A stretch of 20,000 nucleotides of DNA, from positions 52,616 to 72,615 of IMG/VR virus record IMGVR_UViG_3300026136_000184, one strand, 5' to 3'. The stretch's first letter is position 1. Each line of letters opens with the position of its first letter. Under the pieces are notes generated by a model, which saw nothing but the letters and a program-made list of their open reading frames with translations, was not told the DNA's origin and ran no database searches. This document shows, piece by piece, positions 14,506 to 20,000 of the stretch. The DNA comes from an uncultured virus (IMG/VR IMGVR_UViG_3300026136_000184) (taxonomy: Duplodnaviria > Heunggongvirae > Uroviricota > Caudoviricetes). The translations under genes and the position numbers were made by a program.

Positions 14506-17500
14506 TTATGCATATGTTGCGCCGACAGTATACCATTGTGACGAACTATGTGCAACAAATTGAATTTGTCCTAAAGGACTTATTGACATTGCTCCATTAG
14601 TTCCGTTACCGTCAATCGCATCATTAGTTGCTGGATACACTTTTAATGTATCTGTTGCATCTAAGTTTTTAATGTATATGCATAAACCTGGAGTCGCATT
14701 CATCAATCTAACACCGTTGTCATTGCTAGGTGTTGTTACTGAGAATATATCTGCGCCACTTAGTGCCGCGGCGCTTCCTTGAGTTGTGCCACTTGCAGTG
14801 ACTGTTGTTACGTCTTTAATAATGTGAGTCTGGTTAGTTATATTACCAGATACTGTTAAACTTGTTAGTGTGCCTACACTAGTAATATTAGGTTGTGTTG
14901 CTCCTGTAATATCTAATGCTAATGCCGCACTCCCTGCTGATGTTGCGTATGTTGAGTTTGCAACAATTCCTGAAATGTTGGCTGCCACTACATTAGAGAG
15001 ACCGCCACCATCACCTGTAAATAACCCTGTGTTTGCTGTAAATGATTGTGCTGTTACGATGCCGTTAACACCTAATACTGACAGTGTACCTACTGAAGTA
15101 ATGTTTGGTTGTGCTGAAGTAGTAACTGTTCCTGATGTTGTTGCTGAAGTGGCTGATGTTGCTAATGCTACTGTACCACTTACATTTGCACCTGCTACTG
15201 AATTTGCTACTTGTGCGAAATCTACTTCGCCTGTAACTTGTTGTCCATCTATTGCTGTTAAGTTAGCGCCATCGCCTGATACGTATGTAAAGACACCACC
15301 AGTGCCCGATACATTTCCTGCAGACACATTACCTGTAACAGATAATGACGATAACGTTCCAACACTAGTGATGTTAGATTGAGCGGCTCCCGATACAGTA
15401 GTAGCCACTGTTGCCGTTGATACTGCTCCGGATACATTAGAACCTGCTACTGAGTTTGCAGTCCCCGCAAAGTCTACTTCGCCAGATACGTTTGCTCCGG
15501 CTACTGAATTTGCTACTTGTGCAAAAGGAACTTCTCCGCTTACATTTGCACCTGCTACTGCATTTGCTGTTGTTGCAGTAGTTGCTAATGTTGCTAAAGG
15601 AACTTCACTTACGTTTGCTCCTGTAATATTTGTTAATCCTGCACCATTTCCTATAAATGATCCACTACCACTAGCAATTGTAATATTACCTGCGTTAGTA
15701 ATAAGATCACTAGTAGTGTTAAGATTACCACTTAAGATTAATCCTGTTAATGTTCCTACTGATGTAATGTTTGGTTGTGCGTTAGTTGTTAGACTTCCTG
15801 CTACTATTGGAGCACTAAGTCCGCTACCTGCAATAATATGACCAGGAGCATTTAAGTTGCCTGATGTTTTATTGAATGTGAATCCTGCGTTACCAGCATA
15901 TGTAGTGCCACCGTCGTTAAAGATAATTTCTGTATCTGAACCTTGTGCTGGTACTAAAGTTGCAGTGTCCCATGTTAAAGTACCAGAGCCATCTGTCATT
16001 AAGAATGCACCATTGACACCACCTGTAACTGTTACGTTACTTACTGGTCCTAAGTTAGATGTGCTGTTAAAGTCTATATTGTTATCAAAACCACCTGATA
16101 CAGACATTGACCCTGTTACTGCTACTTCTGTACCTGAATTGTTAACTTGTAATACGTTTGCTGTTCCACCAATTGTAACTCTGAATGGTCCGTTAGTATC
16201 AAGTCTTGCTTCACTTGTACCGTTTTCGATATAAGATCCTGTTGATACAGATATATTTGATAAGCCGCCACCATCACCAGTAAATACACCGGTTGTTGTC
16301 ACATTGCCACCACTAATATTGCCTGACACATCTAATGAACTTAATGTACCTACAGTTGTAATATTTGATTGTACAGCATCAACTACAGTATTTGCTGTAC
16401 TTGCATGTGTTGCGTTTGCTACAGTACCTGATACATTTGCGCCATCGACTGCGTTAGCAGTTGCGGCGAATGCAACTTCACCTGTAACATTTGCGCCTGC
16501 AATTGAATTAGCAATTGCGGCAAATGCAACCTCTCCTGATACGTTAGATCCTGCTACTGCATTAGAAACTGCCGCAAAACCTACTTCGCCAGTTACGTTA
16601 GCACCTGCGACTGAATTTGCTGAGTCTGCTGATGTTGCATGTGTAGCATTTGCTACGACACCTGATACATTGCTTCCTGCAACACTATTCGCAGTACTTG
16701 CAAATGCAACTTCACCAGTTACGTTTGCACCTGCGACTGAATTGGCTACTTGTGCAAAAGCAACTTCTCCACTTACATTCGCTCCAGCAACTGAATTTGC
16801 TACTGCGGCAAATGCTACTTCGCCTGATATATTTCCTCCAGCAACACTATTGGCTGTTGCCGCAAATGCAACTTCACCAGAGACATTTGCTCCGTCTACT
16901 GCGTTAGCAGTTGTTGCAAATGAGACTGCACCAGTAACATTTGATCCTGCTACTGAATTTGCTACTGCTGAGAATCCTACTTCTCCGCTTACATTTGCGC
17001 CGGCTACTGCATTTGCTGTTGCCGCGAATGCAACTTCTCCTGTTACATTTCCACCAACGATGTTTGATAATCCGCCACCATCGCCAGTAAATAAACCTGT
17101 ATTTGCAGTAAATGCTGGTGCTGTTATTGTTGATTGAACATCTAGTGTTGTTAAAGTTCCTACTGATGTAATGTTTGGTTGTGCATTAGTATATACTGTT
17201 CCTGAAACTAATGCATTTCCTACTTGACCTGTTATATTAGATCCTACAAGTGCTGATAAGCCAGCACCATTACCACTGACATTAGATGCCGCTACAGCAC
17301 CTGTTAGGGTTATGTTGTTTGCATCTATGTTACCGTTTCCAGATGATGTATTTGCTAATACATATCCAAAATCACCTGACAAATTACCTATGACTGTATT
17401 ACCTTGAACATTACCTGACACTACTACATCAGTAATATTTGCTATCGAATTAGGTAAATCAATGTATAATGTTTGAGTAGAATCTGTGATAGTCGCAGTA

Positions 17501-17775
17501 CCTGGGCCTGTACCCGGTGAACGACCTACTGATAAAGTTGTTGAAGAAAACTGAACACATGCAATGTTTGCACCTAATACAACGTTACCTACTGGGGAAC
17601 CATTAACTAAATATACTCCGGGTCCTGCAGTTTTGTTGACTGATACTACTGCTTGGTCACCTAACCCCGCAAATACTTCTGTAAAATTTAACTGAACTTT
17701 TTCAAACGCCGATCGTATTGCATCTGCATCTGGATCGTCAGGGAATGCTCCGAAGTCAATATTTCTTTGTGCCAT
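14506..17775 (-). CDS. Long repetitive fibre protein (tail-fibre-like, 1089 aa)
   Basis: N-terminal anchor IDFGAFPDDPDADAIRSAFEKVQLNFTEVF, typical of T4-like fibre/baseplate N-termini. A/G/N/T/V-rich body with 18-aa repeats and six QxNITxVGTL motifs; distinct C-terminal domain. Confidence 0.82.
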   Translation of the reverse strand: MAQRNIDFGAFPDDPDADAIRSAFEKVQLNFTEVFAGLGDQAVVSVNKTAGPGVYLVNGSPVGNVVLGANIACVQFSSTTLSVGRSPGTGPGTATITDSTQTLYIDLPNSIANITDVVVSGNVQGNTVIGNLSGDFGYVLANTSSGNGNIDANNITLTGAVAASNVSGNGAGLSALVGSNITGQVGNALVSGTVYTNAQPNITSVGTLTTLDVQSTITAPAFTANTGLFTGDGGGLSNIVGGNVTGEVAFAATANAVAGANVSGEVGFSAVANSVAGSNVTGAVSFATTANAVDGANVSGEVAFAATANSVAGGNISGEVAFAAVANSVAGANVSGEVAFAQVANSVAGANVTGEVAFASTANSVAGSNVSGVVANATHATSADSANSVAGANVTGEVGFAAVSNAVAGSNVSGEVAFAAIANSIAGANVTGEVAFAATANAVDGANVSGTVANATHASTANTVVDAVQSNITTVGTLSSLDVSGNISGGNVTTTGVFTGDGGGLSNISVSTGSYIENGTSEARLDTNGPFRVTIGGTANVLQVNNSGTEVAVTGSMSVSGGFDNNIDFNSTSNLGPVSNVTVTGGVNGAFLMTDGSGTLTWDTATLVPAQGSDTEIIFNDGGTTYAGNAGFTFNKTSGNLNAPGHIIAGSGLSAPIVAGSLTTNAQPNITSVGTLTGLILSGNLNTTSDLITNAGNITIASGSGSFIGNGAGLTNITGANVSEVPLATLATTATTANAVAGANVSGEVPFAQVANSVAGANVSGEVDFAGTANSVAGSNVSGAVSTATVATTVSGAAQSNITSVGTLSSLSVTGNVSAGNVSGTGGVFTYVSGDGANLTAIDGQQVTGEVDFAQVANSVAGANVSGTVALATSATSATTSGTVTTSAQPNITSVGTLSVLGVNGIVTAQSFTANTGLFTGDGGGLSNVVAANISGIVANSTYATSAGSAALALDITGATQPNITSVGTLTSLTVSGNITNQTHIIKDVTTVTASGTTQGSAAALSGADIFSVTTPSNDNGVRLMNATPGLCIYIKNLDATDTLKVYPATNDAIDGNGTNGAMSISPLGQIQFVAHSSSQWYTVGATYA
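16385..17040 (-). repeat. Coding tandem repeat, 54-bp / 18-aa unit GEVAFAxxANSVAGANV[ST], ~11 copies
   Basis: Read directly from the translation; synonymous positions vary. Further copies at ~15170-15235 and ~15420-15570. Confidence 0.9.
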
Positions 17776-17797
17776 AGTAATTCTATCCTAATATTAG

Positions 17798-17805
17798 TAT
17801 TTATC
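17798..17805 (-). promoter_or_regulatory. T4-late-like promoter GATAAATA
   Basis: GATAAATACTA lies between a terminator and the AGGA RBS/ATG of the fibre gene. Confidence 0.7.
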
Positions 17806-17829
17806 AATCTTAGTTCTTATTACTTAGAT

Positions 17830-17858
17830 AAAAAAATACCCGACTAAGCCGGGTATTT
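17830..17858 (-). terminator. Intrinsic terminator
   Basis: Minus strand AAATACCCG-GCTTAGT-CGGGTATTT followed by further Ts, just downstream of the stop at 17883. Confidence 0.85.
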
Positions 17859-17882
17859 AAGTGGGTACAACGAGTTTTCTTA

Positions 17883-20000
17883 TTATTTTAGACTATCTAA
17901 TTTGTTTAAAATAGTTGCAAATCCGCTTGATGAAAGTACAGAACCTTCTTTAACAACGTCAGCACCATTGTAGCCCATTCTGTCTTCTTGACCAGCAATG
18001 ACTGGGATAGTTGTTTGTCCTGTTGACTTCTGTTTGTTAATTCCACCTGAGATAACTTTAGTCATAAAGTCAATGTCTTGTTCAAATGATGTTTCAGTAC
18101 CGTTCTTGCCTGCATCATTAGCCCATTCGTCAACTTTTTCTTTTTCATCTTTAGAATCATCTTTATCTTTAGAATCATCTTTTTTATCAGGATAGATATC
18201 CTTGAGATTTTTAGCAGTAATTTTTTTGCCTGAATCATCTTTTAGTTTATTAAACCATTTTTCTTCATCTTCTGCTACTTTGAATTCTCTTTGATCATCA
18301 GTTTGCATTTCAGTGATTTCTTCGTTCTCACCATCGTTTATAGAGTCCTTAGGGGCATCCTCTGCGCCTTCTTTAGTTAAAAGTCTCTCATCATCATGTT
18401 GTGATAATGGCTGAGTAGGTTCTTCTGAAGTTTCTGCACCTACTTCTGCTAATAAGTCTAAAGTTCTAAGATTTTCTTCTAAAGAAACATGTCTGTCTTC
18501 TTTATCTCTCTTACCGAACTTACCATATGAATCATCTCTGCGATCTTTCATACTTTGTTTCTTATCAGACTCTTTACCTTTACGCATACCTAATGACTCA
18601 TCTTCTTCGTCATCATAGCCTTGCTTTTCGTCTAACTGAGCAAGTTCGTCTAACTGAGATAAAGTTTCTTCTAAAGATTTTTCTCTATGTTCTTCATCTC
18701 TCTTACCGAACTTACCATATCTTTCATCTCTACGGTCTTTCATTGACTGCTTCTTGTCAGACTCTTTACCGTCTTTCATGCCTAATGACTCATCTTCTTT
18801 GTCATCATAGCCTTGACCTTCTTCCATATGGTGCTCATCTTTCCAGTCATCGTATTCTAAATCTTTAACGATGTCTTCACCATCTCTTCCTGGGTGCTTA
18901 CGACCGTCGTACTTTGCGTGTCGTGCAACTTCTTTACCTGCACGTTCTGCATGATCGTCTCTTTCAGCATCAGATTCTTCGTCAATGCCTTTTTTAGCAA
19001 CTGTAGATGCGTCCCAATCATACTTGTCGTATATTCCTGCATCTTTTTCTTGTTCTTCTAATGAAACATCTCTGTGTTCTTCGTCACGTTTACCGAACTT
19101 ACCGTAAGAGTCGTCTCTACGATCTTTCATTGATTGTTTTTTGTCAGACTCTTTGCCTGTACGCATGCCTAATGACTCGTCTTCTTCGTCATCGTAGCCT
19201 TGCTTTTCTTCTAAATGTCCACCGTGTCTATGACCGAAGTCTCCACGTGAATCATCTCTGCGATCAGCATAAGATTGTTTCTTGCTAGATTCTTTGCCGT
19301 CTTTCATGCCGAGTTGTTCGTCTTCTCTATCGTTATAGCCTTGATCTTCGTATGCTTTGTCTCCACAGCCTTCTTCCATGCTATGTCCGCCACCGCATTC
19401 GTCACATGATTCTTCGTCTACATCGACTACAACACCTGGTGCTTCTACTTCGTCTTCGTAATCACCGTCTACGTCTACAATACCCATTAACTTGAGCATG
19501 TCATCGTGTGAACTCATTGGTTGCTCACTTTGATCTGGGCTACCATAGAATGATACGTCTGCAACTTCACCGGGTGCATCTAAAACTTCTGCATCACCGT
19601 AGTTACCTAAGCCTACGTCTTTAACAAACTTGATTAACTTATCTGCTTCTGCATCAGTTGCATTAACACTTACTCTGTCTGGCTGATTCATTTCGCCTTG
19701 AGTAATAGACATTGTATAGCCTTCGTCAAGTTGTTCTTTATTTGCTTCTTCTCTACTTTCTACTAAGTGTGAGTTTAATTCTTTTTCTAAAGACTCAAAA
19801 GTCCACTCATCTTCTTCTAATGAAGCGGCTTCTGATGTTTTTGTAAATGTTTTGTCTCCTACTGAGAACTTTTCGCCTTTGTCTGCTTTTGCTAGAGCAC
19901 CTGTAAATGCATTACCTTCTTCAACATCGTCTTCATCAATGCCTTTACGTGCTACAGTTTGTGCGTCCCAGTCATATTTGTCATATGCACCGTCGTCATC
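17883..20000 (-). CDS. Large acidic, highly charged repeat protein (5'-truncated), possible head core/internal protein
   Basis: The frame is open from 19712 to the window end (DDDGAYDKYDWDAQTVARKGIDEDDVEEGNAFTGALAKADKGEKFSVGDKTFTK...LDEGYT-MSITQ), so the true start is beyond 20000. D/E/K-rich with repeated modules. Confidence 0.8.
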   Translation of the reverse strand, partial: DDDGAYDKYDWDAQTVARKGIDEDDVEEGNAFTGALAKADKGEKFSVGDKTFTKTSEAASLEEDEWTFESLEKELNSHLVESREEANKEQLDEGYTMSITQGEMNQPDRVSVNATDAEADKLIKFVKDVGLGNYGDAEVLDAPGEVADVSFYGSPDQSEQPMSSHDDMLKLMGIVDVDGDYEDEVEAPGVVVDVDEESCDECGGGHSMEEGCGDKAYEDQGYNDREDEQLGMKDGKESSKKQSYADRRDDSRGDFGHRHGGHLEEKQGYDDEEDESLGMRTGKESDKKQSMKDRRDDSYGKFGKRDEEHRDVSLEEQEKDAGIYDKYDWDASTVAKKGIDEESDAERDDHAERAGKEVARHAKYDGRKHPGRDGEDIVKDLEYDDWKDEHHMEEGQGYDDKEDESLGMKDGKESDKKQSMKDRRDERYGKFGKRDEEHREKSLEETLSQLDELAQLDEKQGYDDEEDESLGMRKGKESDKKQSMKDRRDDSYGKFGKRDKEDRHVSLEENLRTLDLLAEVGAETSEEPTQPLSQHDDERLLTKEGAEDAPKDSINDGENEEITEMQTDDQREFKVAEDEEKWFNKLKDDSGKKITAKNLKDIYPDKKDDSKDKDDSKDEKEKVDEWANDAGKNGTETSFEQDIDFMTKVISGGINKQKSTGQTTIPVIAGQEDRMGYNGADVVKEGSVLSSSGFATILNKLDSLK
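18474..19343 (-). repeat. Four dispersed ~150-bp coding repeats (QGYDDxEDESLGMxxGKESDKKQSMKDRRDDSYGKFGKRD...SLEE)
   Basis: Copies at about 19206-19343, 19053-19202, 18666-18815 and 18474-18623. Confidence 0.9.

Noticed and set aside
14870..17137. Long plus-strand ORFs (14870-15382, 15857-16234, 16304-17137, 16650-16907)
   Set aside because: They are antisense to the repetitive fibre gene. The lack of stops follows from its A/G/V/T/N codon content, and they show no independent features.
16385..19343. Repeats as a CRISPR array or DGR template/variable repeats
   Set aside because: The units are in-frame coding repeats with mainly synonymous variation. There are no constant repeat-spacer units, no evident adenine-specific pattern, and no RT or cas gene in the window.
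19710..19712. ATG at 19712 as the start of the acidic protein
   Set aside because: The frame stays open to 20000 and contains another copy of an internal repeat, so the gene starts outside the window.
1..20000. Stop-codon reassignment, tRNAs, introns or inteins
   Set aside because: Genes are intact under code 11, with TAA, TAG and TGA all used as stops. Gaps are short with no cloverleaf seen, and no intein or homing endonuclease motifs were recognised.

Overview
This is an AT-rich, gene-dense segment of a large tailed bacteriophage genome (T4-like or jumbo myophage type, inferred from gene content). It uses the standard genetic code, and all genes except phoH are on the minus strand. In transcription order (right to left), it begins with a 5'-truncated acidic repeat protein, a repetitive fibre protein, an M15 peptidase/endolysin, an Ig-repeat structural protein and another fibre/baseplate protein. 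Next come two hypotheticals (one QueD/T-fold-like), a stand-alone DnaE fragment, a hypothetical, GroES, a secreted protein and an RFC/gp44-type clamp loader. These are followed by two small ORFs, a PRMT-like methyltransferase, phoH (+), two hypotheticals, DnaJ and a ClpA-type ATPase that runs off the left edge and was missed by the ORF track. Two promoter classes are visible: sigma70 consensus and a T4-late-like (G/T)ATAAATA box. Several sit 5-7 nt from the start codon, implying leaderless mRNAs. The most notable observations are the methyltransferase carrying eukaryotic PRMT signature motifs, the DnaE piece that stops just before its catalytic aspartates, the repeat polyprotein punctuated by prohead-protease-like sites, and the apparent QueD-fold pseudoenzyme. 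All family calls come from motif recognition by eye; no searches were run.
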